Source: Hydrurus foetidus
Lineage: Eukaryota
Length of the DNA stretch: 64,000 nt
Direction of reading: 5' to 3'
NCBI GenBank assembly: GCA_900617105.1
Contig: UYFQ01000001.1
Coordinates: 1,178,001 to 1,242,000 of the forward strand
Positions within the stretch are counted from its first letter, which is position 1, and each line of letters begins with the position of its first letter. Shown piece by piece: positions 28,449 to 39,016 of the stretch. The position numbers and the translations under genes are program-made. The notes beneath the pieces were generated by a model. The model saw only the letters and a program-made list of their open reading frames with translations, ran no database searches and had not been told where the DNA came from.

Positions 28449-28502
28449 TTGACACCTTCCAAAAAACTTATTTAATGACGATAATATAATCTACATTAAT
28501 GT
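28449..28502 (+). promoter_or_regulatory. Candidate primase promoter/operator in the divergent AT-rich spacer
   Basis: TTGACA (28449-54)-N16-TTTAAT, TATAAT at 28485-90, palindrome ACATTAATGT at 28493-502. Confidence 0.4.
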
Positions 28503-28530
28503 CTATTGACAGCTTTTTGAATGGAAGACG

Positions 28531-31500
28531 ATGGCACGCATCCCGCAAACCGAGCTTGAGCGGCTAAAACAAGAGGTCAGCGTGCAGCGCCTGGTGGAGG
28601 CCTCCGGGGTGGAACTGAGGCGCGGCGGCAAAGACTTCACCGGCAAATGCCCCTTCCACGCGGATGAGACCGCGTCCTTGGTCATCACCCCGCACAAAAA
28701 CCTGTGGCACTGCTTTGGCTGCCAGATTGGTGGTGGTCCCATCGACTGGGTGATGAAACAGCGCGGGGTCTCGTTCAGGCACGCGGTGGAGCTGCTCAAG
28801 GAGGAACTGGCGGGCAGTGGTGGCGGTGGTGTAGGTGGAGCTGTGGGAGCCCATTCCTCTTTAGCCGCCGATCCCCAGGACGCTGGTGCGCCGCTCAAAC
28901 GCACCACCACCCGTTCAACCGTGCGCACGCTGAGCGCGCCCGTCGCCTTCGACGCCGACGACCAGGCGCTGCTGCGCCAGACGGTGGCCTACTACCACCA
29001 GCGCCTCAAGACCTCGCCCGAAGCGCTGGCCTACCTCGCCAGCCGAGGCTTGGACCATCCCGGCCTGATCGACGCCTTCTGCTTGGGTGTGGCCGACCGC
29101 ACCCTGGGCCTGTCTTTGCCGCTTAAAAACCGCAAAGACGGTGCCGCCATCAGAGAGCGGCTGCAAGCCATTGGCCTGATCCGCGAGAGCGGGCACGAAC
29201 ACTTCAATGGCTCGCTGGTGGTGCCCGTGTTTGATACCGATAGCAACGTCACCGAGGTCTACGGCAGGAAGCTGCGCGACGACCTGCGCCCCGGCACCCC
29301 CAAGCACCTGTACCTGCCCGGGCCACATGCCGGGGTGTTCAACCTCGCGGGCGTGGTGGCCGCAGGGCAGCGGGAGTCGGGCCAGCGCGAAGTGATCCTG
29401 TGCGAGGCGCTGATCGACGCCATGACATTCTGGTGCGCGGGCTTCACCAACGTGACAAGCAGCTACGGCATAGAGGGCTTTACCGACGACATCCTGGCCA
29501 CGCTCAAGGCCAACCAGATCGAGCGCATCCTGATCGCCTACGACCGCGACGCCCCCGGCGAGAAGGCCGTGGCCAAGCTGGTGCCGGTGCTGATGGCTGA
29601 AGGCTTCGAGGTGCTGCAAGTGCTGTTCCCCTTGGGAATGGACGCCAATGCGTTTGCTTGCAAGATGCAACCCGCCGAGCAGAGTCTGGCCCTGGTGCTC
29701 AGGCAGGCGGTTTGGCTGGGCGGGGTGCCGCCTGTCGGGCCTGAGCCGCAAGCGGTGCCGACAAAACAGCCGCCACCGCTTGGGCCAGCACCTTCTTCTT
29801 TAGCCGCTGGACCAGCGCCAGCAGAGCAAATTACCGAACAAAACAGGTCATTCCCGCAATTCCCGCCTGCGCAGCCAGCTATGCAAACCATAGCGCCGTC
29901 TGCCACCATGCTCGCACAAGCCCCTGGCGCTCTTGGCGAACTTCCCGACGAGCTGCACCTGAGCACAGGCGAAGGACTGGGCGCACTCTCGTGGCGCATC
30001 CGTGGCTGGAAGAAGAACACCACCCCTGAGGCCATGCGCGTGAACGTGCAGGTGCGCCGGGGAGATGCGCCAGCGCACAGCGCCGTCGCCCAAGCGCTGT
30101 GCGCGGCCGGGTACTTCGTGGACACGCTCGATCTCTTTGCCGCCAAGAGCCGACACTCCTTCGTGCGCGCCGCGTCTGTTGAACTCGGCCTGTCCGAGGA
30201 CGCCGTCAAACGCGAACTCGGTGCGGTGCTGCTGCGCCTGGAGAGCCTGCAAGACGAACTGATGGCCCAGGCCAGGAAGCCCGCGGGGCCTGCTGTGCCG
30301 ATTCTCTCAGCCGACGAAGAACAAGCCGCCCTGGCCCTCTTGCGCTCGCCCGACCTGATGAGTCGCATCGTGTCAGACCTGCACGCCCTCGGTGTGGTCG
30401 GCGAAGACGTGAACCTATCTGCCGCGTACCTGGCAGCCGTCAGCCGCAAGCTCGACACCCCGCTGGCCATCCTGATCCAGTCCACCAGCGCCGCAGGCAA
30501 GTCTGCCCTCATGGATGCCGTTCTCAGCCTCATGCCCGAAGAAGAAACCTTGCGCTATTCGGCCATGACAGGCCAGTCCCTGTACTACCTGGGCGAGAAC
30601 AACCTGAGCCACAAAATCCTCGCCATCAGCGAAGAAGAAGGCGTGCGACAAGCCGCCTATGCCTTGAAGCTGCTGCAGTCTGAGGGCACCCTGACCATCG
30701 CCAGCACCGCCAAAGACGAACAGACAGGCAACCTTGTCACCAAGCAGTACAGCGTGCGCGGCCCGGTGATGCTCATGCTCACCACCACGGCCATCGACGT
30801 GGACGAGGAACTCTTGAACCGATGCTTGGTGCTCAGCGTGAACGAAAGCCGAGAACAAACGGCGGCGATCCACCAGCGCCAGCGGCACAAGCAAACGCTG
30901 CAAGGCCTGCTCCAAGGCGCAGAAAAGGCGGCCATCACAGCGCTGCACCACAACGCCCAGCGCCTCTTGAGTTCGGTCGCCGTGGTCAACCCCTACGCCG
31001 ACCAGTTGACCTTCCTCAGCGACAAGACCCGCACCCGGCGCGACCACATGAAATACCTCACTCTGATACGTGCCATAGCCTTGCTGCACCAGCACCAGCG
31101 GCCCGTCAAGACGGTGGCGCACCGTGGGCAAGAGCTGGCCTACATCGAAGTCACCAAGGCCGACATTGCACTGGCCAACAGCATCGCGCACCAGGTGCTG
31201 GGCAGGACGCTCGATGAATTGCCACCGCAAACCCGCAACCTCTTGGTGCTGCTGCGCAGCTGGTGCCAAACCCAGTGCAAGGCCCAGGGCCTGCACCAAA
31301 GTCTGCATCAGAAGGAATGGCGCTTCACCCGCAAGGCCTTGCGTGCGCACTGCCACTGGGGCGACACCCAGCTCAAGGTGCACTTAGGCCGACTGGTGGA
31401 GTTCGAGCACGTGCTGATGCACAGAAAAGGCCTGCAATGCGATTACGAGCTGGTCTATGACGCAGACCAGGGCAGCAGTGCGCACATGAACGGTCTGCTG

Positions 31501-31782
31501 GACGCCAGCACCTTGGAAGAAAATCATGCGCAGCCACATGCCTATGACGCAACCCGGTCGGTGTCAAACGCCATTCAGTCGGTGCCCGGTCGGCCCTGGG
31601 TCGGGGGTCAGTCGGTGACTGGTCGGGGTGGGGTAAACAGGCTGCCAACCCGCATGGATGCTCAGCATTCGGCCCATTCGCCCATCAACGGCTTCAAAAC
31701 GCAGAGTACAGGCACCTCTTCTGACGCCTATTCTTTAGCCGCTGATCCTGCCGTAGGCATATCTGCCAGCCAGGAGGCTTGA
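28531..31782 (+). CDS. CHC2 zinc finger + Toprim primase fused to a P-loop helicase-like ATPase (copy 1)
   Basis: CPFH...WHCFGC; ILCEALID...AYDRD; Walker-A-like STSAAGKS, Walker-B-like ILAISEEEG, ELLNRC. Confidence 0.9.
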   Translation: MARIPQTELERLKQEVSVQRLVEASGVELRRGGKDFTGKCPFHADETASLVITPHKNLWHCFGCQIGGGPIDWVMKQRGVSFRHAVELLKEELAGSGGGGVGGAVGAHSSLAADPQDAGAPLKRTTTRSTVRTLSAPVAFDADDQALLRQTVAYYHQRLKTSPEALAYLASRGLDHPGLIDAFCLGVADRTLGLSLPLKNRKDGAAIRERLQAIGLIRESGHEHFNGSLVVPVFDTDSNVTEVYGRKLRDDLRPGTPKHLYLPGPHAGVFNLAGVVAAGQRESGQREVILCEALIDAMTFWCAGFTNVTSSYGIEGFTDDILATLKANQIERILIAYDRDAPGEKAVAKLVPVLMAEGFEVLQVLFPLGMDANAFACKMQPAEQSLALVLRQAVWLGGVPPVGPEPQAVPTKQPPPLGPAPSSLAAGPAPAEQITEQNRSFPQFPPAQPAMQTIAPSATMLAQAPGALGELPDELHLSTGEGLGALSWRIRGWKKNTTPEAMRVNVQVRRGDAPAHSAVAQALCAAGYFVDTLDLFAAKSRHSFVRAASVELGLSEDAVKRELGAVLLRLESLQDELMAQARKPAGPAVPILSADEEQAALALLRSPDLMSRIVSDLHALGVVGEDVNLSAAYLAAVSRKLDTPLAILIQSTSAAGKSALMDAVLSLMPEEETLRYSAMTGQSLYYLGENNLSHKILAISEEEGVRQAAYALKLLQSEGTLTIASTAKDEQTGNLVTKQYSVRGPVMLMLTTTAIDVDEELLNRCLVLSVNESREQTAAIHQRQRHKQTLQGLLQGAEKAAITALHHNAQRLLSSVAVVNPYADQLTFLSDKTRTRRDHMKYLTLIRAIALLHQHQRPVKTVAHRGQELAYIEVTKADIALANSIAHQVLGRTLDELPPQTRNLLVLLRSWCQTQCKAQGLHQSLHQKEWRFTRKALRAHCHWGDTQLKVHLGRLVEFEHVLMHRKGLQCDYELVYDADQGSSAHMNGLLDASTLEENHAQPHAYDATRSVSNAIQSVPGRPWVGGQSVTGRGGVNRLPTRMDAQHSAHSPINGFKTQSTGTSSDAYSLAADPAVGISASQEA

Positions 31783-33656
31783 GCGTGCCCATGCCTGCCA
31801 CCAAGCCTGTGCCCACGCCCAAGAAATCGCGCACCCAGCGCCAGCGCCCAGCGGCGCGCAAGCTACAACGCGCCGGGCGCTTCAGTAGCCCAGGCTACGC
31901 TCGCTCGGTGGGCGCGCCAGGTGACCTGCGCGGCCTGTTTGCCGCCATGCGTCGCTTCTTGGACAACCGAGCCATGCTGGGCTCGACAGCGCAAGGCATT
32001 TACGGCTTTGAGCGCAACATCCGGGACTTCATCCTCTGGGCCGATGACAGAGGCGTGACCCACCCGCAGCAGGTGAGCCGCCAGGTCTTGGAGCGCTACC
32101 AGCGCTGGCTGTACCACTACCGCAAGAAGGACGGCGAGCCGCTGCACGTCAGAACCCAGCGCGGCAAGATCACGCCGCTTAAAACCTTCTTCCGCTGGCT
32201 GACCAAGACGGCCGAGATCCCGGCCAACCCGGCAGCCGATCTCGATCTGCCCCGAGACATTCGCACCATTCCCAGAAAAATCCTCAGCGCCGAGGAGGCC
32301 GAGGTCGTGCTGAGCCTGCCTGACACCGGCACGCTGACGGGCCTGCGAGACCGGGCCATGATGGAAGTGCTGTACGCCAGCGGCATACGCCGCATGGAGA
32401 TCGCCCAACTGGCCACTGACGACATTGACCAGGCCACCTGTGCGCTGCTGGTGCGCCAGGGCAAGGGCCAGAAAGACCGGCTCGTGCCGCTAGGCGCGCG
32501 CGCTTTGCACTGGGTCAACCGCTACCTCGAAGAGGCCAGGCCTCAATTGGCTTGGGACGCCAATGACAAGACCTTGTTCCTGGGCATGAGTGGACGGCCT
32601 CTGAGCGCCAATGGGCTGTCCACCTGTGTGGCCGAGTACATCAAACGCGCCGACATCGGCAAGAGCGGCGGCTGCCACCTGTGGCGGCACACCATGGCAA
32701 CGCTCATGTTGGAGGGCGGCGCGGACATCCGATTCATTCAGGCCATGCTGGGACATTCGGATATCAGCAGCACGCAGATTTACACGCAGGTGGCGATAAG
32801 GCAGCTCACCCAGGTGCATGCGCTGACGCATCCGGGGGTGAGTTTGCGCAAGGCAGAGGAGGAGAGGGCGACAGCGCCAAGCCAGAGTGCATACCGGGCT
32901 GAGCGCATGGCCGTGGCTGTGCAATCCGCAACCCGCTTGTCTGAGTGGGGCGACAGCACGACCGTGATTGCTGGGCTTGGGCTGCCTTCACAGGCAAGCC
33001 GATCAGCCGTTGACCAAATTCCTACGGGTGGATATGCCTACGCGCCGCCAGCGAAAAATGCACCTGAAGGCTTCTTTGGTCAGGTAGCGGGTGCGATTGA
33101 CAGATTCAATAACACGGGCCTTGGTCAGGCGCTCCAAGGTTTGCCGCCCGAAGGCTTTATCCTTGGTGCTGTCAAATCAGGGGTGAACTTCCTTGGCAAG
33201 GCGGAGCGGGTTGCGGCTGAGTTGGGAGCGGGTGAGCGAGCAACTGGCAGTGGAAAGACGGTCACTTTGTATCGAGTTGATGATGCTGGATTTGCCCCAC
33301 GCATCGCTGCCGATGGTTCTGTCCCCGTGGTAACTACGGGCTCTGGTAGTGAGCGTGCTTTGTTTGTCAACATTGGGCAACCATTGCGAGCACAAGAGTT
33401 TGCATTGATTAATAGAAACGGCAACGCCACCGTTACCGCTGTTGATGTCGATGTCTCATTACTCGAAGAGCTGCGGGCGACGTCCGTCTATGACAAGAGT
33501 GCAGCTACTAAATTAAATCCAACAGCGCCTTTAAGAGTTGATATCAACAAGGCTCCAGATCAATTTGGTCTAAGAACTCCTCAGCAAATTCAGATGCTGA
33601 GAGATGCAATTAATCCATCAACAGTCAGGATTGTTGATCCCAGGACTTTGAGGTAA
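31779..33656 (+). CDS. Chimeric ORF: tyrosine recombinase residues 1-369 fused in frame to the last 256 aa of the toxin fragment
   Basis: Junction ...ATAPSQ|SAYRAERM... at 32885/32886; catalytic motifs GIRR, GKG, HLWRH, LGH, TQIY all retained. Confidence 0.88.
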   Translation: MSVPMPATKPVPTPKKSRTQRQRPAARKLQRAGRFSSPGYARSVGAPGDLRGLFAAMRRFLDNRAMLGSTAQGIYGFERNIRDFILWADDRGVTHPQQVSRQVLERYQRWLYHYRKKDGEPLHVRTQRGKITPLKTFFRWLTKTAEIPANPAADLDLPRDIRTIPRKILSAEEAEVVLSLPDTGTLTGLRDRAMMEVLYASGIRRMEIAQLATDDIDQATCALLVRQGKGQKDRLVPLGARALHWVNRYLEEARPQLAWDANDKTLFLGMSGRPLSANGLSTCVAEYIKRADIGKSGGCHLWRHTMATLMLEGGADIRFIQAMLGHSDISSTQIYTQVAIRQLTQVHALTHPGVSLRKAEEERATAPSQSAYRAERMAVAVQSATRLSEWGDSTTVIAGLGLPSQASRSAVDQIPTGGYAYAPPAKNAPEGFFGQVAGAIDRFNNTGLGQALQGLPPEGFILGAVKSGVNFLGKAERVAAELGAGERATGSGKTVTLYRVDDAGFAPRIAADGSVPVVTTGSGSERALFVNIGQPLRAQEFALINRNGNATVTAVDVDVSLLEELRATSVYDKSAATKLNPTAPLRVDINKAPDQFGLRTPQQIQMLRDAINPSTVRIVDPRTLR

Positions 33657-33661
33657 CAGAG

Positions 33662-33997
33662 ATGAATTCGACAAAAGTTTTTATTATTCCTGTGCATGTC
33701 ACACGTTTGGAAAAATCCATCATGCCGACGGATCTCTCGGAAGCTTATGTAAGCTGCTACACGACTGGGACTACCTACGTCGATGCTGCGAAACGAGTGC
33801 TTGGCAGATTGTCAGATGATGGGTTGCATGCGCAAAAAATCCTTCAGCCTGTGTATGAAATGAATGCCGATGATTGGGCTGACCATGTCAAAGAAAAATG
33901 GATGCAATACGCCAGCTCTTTACCCAGTCAAATCGAATTTAAAGAAGCAATGCAGAACGATAAAGTGGTGTATGGGCCATTTGGATCAATGGCATAA
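33662..33997 (+). CDS. Putative immunity protein (copy 2)
   Basis: Identical translation to 26428-26763. Confidence 0.6.
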   Translation: MNSTKVFIIPVHVTRLEKSIMPTDLSEAYVSCYTTGTTYVDAAKRVLGRLSDDGLHAQKILQPVYEMNADDWADHVKEKWMQYASSLPSQIEFKEAMQNDKVVYGPFGSMA

Positions 33998-34594
33998 CGT
34001 CGCAGCGGTCGTGATATCTTGCAACCATCTTTCTTTGGGCAACAGTGCCATAGCACGCACCATATCGCCTTCACTGACAAGCGCATGAACCTCACCGGCC
34101 AGTGGCGTCACATCCGTGATTCGTTGCGTCCACTGATTCACATACAGCGGCACAGCCTCTTTGCTGAGACCAATTTGAATAGCGCGGTGAGGCAACGGGT
34201 TATGGTGCAAATCCCGCTCCGGGTCCCATTGGACGCGCACCGGGCAAGTTTGCTTGAGCGCGGTGTACGCTTCGTCAGACATACCCGGCGGTGAATGACT
34301 TGGGCAGCTGTGCGCCAATGCCCATTCAAAGCCGTCGCGGCTGATGTCGATGGCAAGAATGCGGCTCTGACCTGTATCCTTGAACCCCCAACCTGCCCGG
34401 TACATCATCCACAAGAACGATGGCTTGATCCAGGTCATGCGCTCCAACTTGAAAGGCGGCGAAACAAAACGGCCATGACGCAGCGCTGAATCGGCAATTG
34501 AATCTGAATAGGCTTGATAAACCCGAATTGTGGTGTCGTCATAGACCGCACGGATTTGCCGAGGTGGCACAGCAGAGATTGCGGTATCGTGCAT
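33986..34594 (-). CDS. DUF4291-family protein (copy 2)
   Basis: Identical to copy 1. Confidence 0.85.
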   Translation of the reverse strand: MHDTAISAVPPRQIRAVYDDTTIRVYQAYSDSIADSALRHGRFVSPPFKLERMTWIKPSFLWMMYRAGWGFKDTGQSRILAIDISRDGFEWALAHSCPSHSPPGMSDEAYTALKQTCPVRVQWDPERDLHHNPLPHRAIQIGLSKEAVPLYVNQWTQRITDVTPLAGEVHALVSEGDMVRAMALLPKERWLQDITTAATLCH

Positions 34595-35229
34595 CACTTC
34601 CTCCCCTTAGCCGCGCTGCCGCTGGCGCGTCCCGTGGCCTTGGGTTTCTTCTCCTCCTGTGGCACAAACCCAATAGGCCGCTTGGGTGGCTCAGGCGGCG
34701 TCATCAGGTCGCGCAAGGCATCGAACACCTGCTTGAGCTGGTTGCGCGTATTGCGGCTAAAGGTATCGTGCTGCAGCTCCAGGCTCTCGGTCTTCATCTC
34801 CAGCTCGGCCAGCCGCTTGGCCAAATCCTCATGCAGCGCGGCCGCCTGGCGCAGCCGCACAAAGGCCCGCACCACATAGACCGATACCTCCATGGCGTGG
34901 GCCGTGTTCAGCACCATCGCTGCCATGATCGCGCCGTGTTCGGTGAACACGTAGGGCAGGTACTTGCGATGCTGCCCACGCCCCGTCTTTAAGGTCGCAA
35001 ATTGCGACCTTAAAGCATCGGCCTCTTCGAGCGACATCTGAAACATGAAGTCCGCCGGAAAGCGCATTGCATTGCGCTTGACCTGCTCATTCAGGCGCTT
35101 GGTCTGCACACCATAGAGCGCAGCCAAGTCCGCATCCAGCATTACCCGCTGGCCGCGCAACACTGCAATGCTCAGAGAAATGCTCTCCACCGCAGGCGCC
35201 ACGGCCACGGCTGCTGGTGCCGCGCTCAT
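34594..35229 (-). CDS. ORF6N-domain protein (copy 2)
   Basis: Identical to copy 1. Confidence 0.9.
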   Translation of the reverse strand: MSAAPAAVAVAPAVESISLSIAVLRGQRVMLDADLAALYGVQTKRLNEQVKRNAMRFPADFMFQMSLEEADALRSQFATLKTGRGQHRKYLPYVFTEHGAIMAAMVLNTAHAMEVSVYVVRAFVRLRQAAALHEDLAKRLAELEMKTESLELQHDTFSRNTRNQLKQVFDALRDLMTPPEPPKRPIGFVPQEEKKPKATGRASGSAAKGRK

Positions 35230-35630
35230 GCGGCGTGCGCGGCAACGGCGCGCTTAGTGGCACGCCGGGCTACCGTGGAGGGCTTGCCCATGGCTTTCTC
35301 CACCATCGACTTCTTCACAAAGCTGTCGATCACCAGAATCAGCGCCTGCTGCTCTTGATCGGGCAAGACATCCGCCTGCTGCCAAAGCGAATTCAGTGAA
35401 TGGTTGCGAATGCGCGCCTCACCACTCATGGGTTTGCGACCCACCAATTCATCAAGAGACACCTGTAATACATCGGCAATCTTGACCAGCGTATCCAGGT
35501 GCGGCGCGATGGTTCCACGCTCCCAGCGGTTGTAAGCCCGGGGGTCAACCGCAATCAATTCGGCCAATCGAATCTGCGTCAACTGACGAGACTCCCTCAG
35601 CAAGCGCAAGCGCTCTGCAAACTCAGACAT
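35226..35630 (-). CDS. XRE-family HTH regulator (copy 2)
   Basis: Identical to copy 1. Confidence 0.88.
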   Translation of the reverse strand: MSEFAERLRLLRESRQLTQIRLAELIAVDPRAYNRWERGTIAPHLDTLVKIADVLQVSLDELVGRKPMSGEARIRNHSLNSLWQQADVLPDQEQQALILVIDSFVKKSMVEKAMGKPSTVARRATKRAVAAHAA

Positions 35631-35764
35631 ATCAAACCCTGCATGCCAATAAAAGATGCTGGCGATCTTATGGGTCATATTTTTGACACCTTCCAAAAAA
35701 CTTATTTAATGACGATAATATAATCTACATTAATGTCTATTGACAGCTTTTTGAATGGAAGACG

Positions 35765-38700
35765 ATGGCACGCATCCCGCAAACCGAGCTTGAGCGGCTA
35801 AAACAAGAGGTCAGCGTGCAGCGCCTGGTGGAGGCCTCCGGGGTGGAACTGAGGCGCGGCGGCAAAGACTTCACCGGCAAATGCCCCTTCCACGCGGATG
35901 AGACCGCGTCCTTGGTCATCACCCCGCACAAAAACCTGTGGCACTGCTTTGGCTGCCAGATTGGTGGTGGTCCCATCGACTGGGTGATGAAACAGCGCGG
36001 GGTCTCGTTCAGGCACGCGGTGGAGCTGCTCAAGGAGGAACTGGCGGGCAGTGGTGGCGGTGGTGTAGGTGGAGCTGTGGGAGCCCATTCCTCTTTAGCC
36101 GCCGATCCCCAGGACGCTGGTGCGCCGCTCAAACGCACCACCACCCGTTCAACCGTGCGCACGCTGAGCGCGCCCGTCGCCTTCGACGCCGACGACCAGG
36201 CGCTGCTGCGCCAGACGGTGGCCTACTACCACCAGCGCCTCAAGACCTCGCCCGAAGCGCTGGCCTACCTCGCCAGCCGAGGCTTGGACCATCCCGGCCT
36301 GATCGACGCCTTCTGCTTGGGTGTGGCCGACCGCACCCTGGGCCTGTCTTTGCCGCTTAAAAACCGCAAAGACGGTGCCGCCATCAGAGAGCGGCTGCAA
36401 GCCATTGGCCTGATCCGCGAGAGCGGGCACGAACACTTCAATGGCTCGCTGGTGGTGCCCGTGTTTGATACCGATAGCAACGTCACCGAGGTCTACGGCA
36501 GGAAGCTGCGCGACGACCTGCGCCCCGGCACCCCCAAGCACCTGTACCTGCCCGGGCCACATGCCGGGGTGTTCAACCTCGCGGGCGTGGTGGCCGCAGG
36601 GCAGCGGGAGTCGGGCCAGCGCGAAGTGATCCTGTGCGAGGCGCTGATCGACGCCATGACATTCTGGTGCGCGGGCTTCACCAACGTGACAAGCAGCTAC
36701 GGCATAGAGGGCTTTACCGACGACATCCTGGCCACGCTCAAGGCCAACCAGATCGAGCGCATCCTGATCGCCTACGACCGCGACGCCCCCGGCGAGAAGG
36801 CCGTGGCCAAGCTGGTGCCGGTGCTGATGGCTGAAGGCTTCGAGGTGCTGCAAGTGCTGTTCCCCTTGGGAATGGACGCCAATGCGTTTGCTTGCAAGAT
36901 GCAACCCGCCGAGCAGAGTCTGGCCCTGGTGCTCAGGCAGGCGGTTTGGCTGGGCGGGGTGCCGCCTGTCGGGCCTGAGCCGCAAGCGGTGCCGACAAAA
37001 CAGCCGCCACCGCTTGGGCCAGCACCTTCTTCTTTAGCCGCTGGACCAGCGCCAGCAGAGCAAATTACCGAACAAAACAGGTCATTCCCGCAATTCCCGC
37101 CTGCGCAGCCAGCTATGCAAACCATAGCGCCGTCTGCCACCATGCTCGCACAAGCCCCTGGCGCTCTTGGCGAACTTCCCGACGAGCTGCACCTGAGCAC
37201 AGGCGAAGGACTGGGCGCACTCTCGTGGCGCATCCGTGGCTGGAAGAAGAACACCACCCCTGAGGCCATGCGCGTGAACGTGCAGGTGCGCCGGGGAGAT
37301 GCGCCAGCGCACAGCGCCGTCGCCCAAGCGCTGTGCGCGGCCGGGTACTTCGTGGACACGCTCGATCTCTTTGCCGCCAAGAGCCGACACTCCTTCGTGC
37401 GCGCCGCGTCTGTTGAACTCGGCCTGTCCGAGGACGCCGTCAAACGCGAACTCGGTGCGGTGCTGCTGCGCCTGGAGAGCCTGCAAGACGAACTGATGGC
37501 CCAGGCCAGGAAGCCCGCGGGGCCTGCTGTGCCGATTCTCTCAGCCGACGAAGAACAAGCCGCCCTGGCCCTCTTGCGCTCGCCCGACCTGATGAGTCGC
37601 ATCGTGTCAGACCTGCACGCCCTCGGTGTGGTCGGCGAAGACGTGAACCTATCTGCCGCGTACCTGGCAGCCGTCAGCCGCAAGCTCGACACCCCGCTGG
37701 CCATCCTGATCCAGTCCACCAGCGCCGCAGGCAAGTCTGCCCTCATGGATGCCGTTCTCAGCCTCATGCCCGAAGAAGAAACCTTGCGCTATTCGGCCAT
37801 GACAGGCCAGTCCCTGTACTACCTGGGCGAGAACAACCTGAGCCACAAAATCCTCGCCATCAGCGAAGAAGAAGGCGTGCGACAAGCCGCCTATGCCTTG
37901 AAGCTGCTGCAGTCTGAGGGCACCCTGACCATCGCCAGCACCGCCAAAGACGAACAGACAGGCAACCTTGTCACCAAGCAGTACAGCGTGCGCGGCCCGG
38001 TGATGCTCATGCTCACCACCACGGCCATCGACGTGGACGAGGAACTCTTGAACCGATGCTTGGTGCTCAGCGTGAACGAAAGCCGAGAACAAACGGCGGC
38101 GATCCACCAGCGCCAGCGGCACAAGCAAACGCTGCAAGGCCTGCTCCAAGGCGCAGAAAAGGCGGCCATCACAGCGCTGCACCACAACGCCCAGCGCCTC
38201 TTGAGTTCGGTCGCCGTGGTCAACCCCTACGCCGACCAGTTGACCTTCCTCAGCGACAAGACCCGCACCCGGCGCGACCACATGAAATACCTCACTCTGA
38301 TACGTGCCATAGCCTTGCTGCACCAGCACCAGCGGCCCGTCAAGACGGTGGCGCACCGTGGGCAAGAGCTGGCCTACATCGAAGTCACCAAGGCCGACAT
38401 TGCACTGGCCAACAGCATCGCGCACCAGGTGCTGGGCAGGACGCTCGATGAATTGCCACCGCAAACCCGCAACCTCTTGGTGCTGCTGCGCAGCTGGTGC
38501 CAAACCCAGTGCAAGGCCCAGGGCCTGCACCAAAGTCTGCATCAGAAGGAATGGCGCTTCACCCGCAAGGCCTTGCGTGCGCACTGCCACTGGGGCGACA
38601 CCCAGCTCAAGGTGCACTTAGGCCGACTGGTGGAGTTCGAGCACGTGCTGATGCACAGAAAAGGCCTGCAATGCGATTACGAGCTGGTCTATGACGCAGA

Positions 38701-39016
38701 CCAGGGCAGCAGTGCGCACATGAACGGTCTGCTGGACGCCAGCACCTTGGAAGAAAATCATGCGCAGCCACATGCCTATGACGCAACCCGGTCGGTGTCA
38801 AACGCCATTCAGTCGGTGCCCGGTCGGCCCTGGGTCGGGGGTCAGTCGGTGACTGGTCGGGGTGGGGTAAACAGGCTGCCAACCCGCATGGATGCTCAGC
38901 ATTCGGCCCATTCGCCCATCAACGGCTTCAAAACGCAGAGTACAGGCACCTCTTCTGACGCCTATTCTTTAGCCGCTGATCCTGCCGTAGGCATATCTGC
39001 CAGCCAGGAGGCTTGA
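35765..39016 (+). CDS. CHC2/Toprim primase-helicase (copy 2)
   Basis: Identical to copy 1. Confidence 0.9.
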   Translation: MARIPQTELERLKQEVSVQRLVEASGVELRRGGKDFTGKCPFHADETASLVITPHKNLWHCFGCQIGGGPIDWVMKQRGVSFRHAVELLKEELAGSGGGGVGGAVGAHSSLAADPQDAGAPLKRTTTRSTVRTLSAPVAFDADDQALLRQTVAYYHQRLKTSPEALAYLASRGLDHPGLIDAFCLGVADRTLGLSLPLKNRKDGAAIRERLQAIGLIRESGHEHFNGSLVVPVFDTDSNVTEVYGRKLRDDLRPGTPKHLYLPGPHAGVFNLAGVVAAGQRESGQREVILCEALIDAMTFWCAGFTNVTSSYGIEGFTDDILATLKANQIERILIAYDRDAPGEKAVAKLVPVLMAEGFEVLQVLFPLGMDANAFACKMQPAEQSLALVLRQAVWLGGVPPVGPEPQAVPTKQPPPLGPAPSSLAAGPAPAEQITEQNRSFPQFPPAQPAMQTIAPSATMLAQAPGALGELPDELHLSTGEGLGALSWRIRGWKKNTTPEAMRVNVQVRRGDAPAHSAVAQALCAAGYFVDTLDLFAAKSRHSFVRAASVELGLSEDAVKRELGAVLLRLESLQDELMAQARKPAGPAVPILSADEEQAALALLRSPDLMSRIVSDLHALGVVGEDVNLSAAYLAAVSRKLDTPLAILIQSTSAAGKSALMDAVLSLMPEEETLRYSAMTGQSLYYLGENNLSHKILAISEEEGVRQAAYALKLLQSEGTLTIASTAKDEQTGNLVTKQYSVRGPVMLMLTTTAIDVDEELLNRCLVLSVNESREQTAAIHQRQRHKQTLQGLLQGAEKAAITALHHNAQRLLSSVAVVNPYADQLTFLSDKTRTRRDHMKYLTLIRAIALLHQHQRPVKTVAHRGQELAYIEVTKADIALANSIAHQVLGRTLDELPPQTRNLLVLLRSWCQTQCKAQGLHQSLHQKEWRFTRKALRAHCHWGDTQLKVHLGRLVEFEHVLMHRKGLQCDYELVYDADQGSSAHMNGLLDASTLEENHAQPHAYDATRSVSNAIQSVPGRPWVGGQSVTGRGGVNRLPTRMDAQHSAHSPINGFKTQSTGTSSDAYSLAADPAVGISASQEA

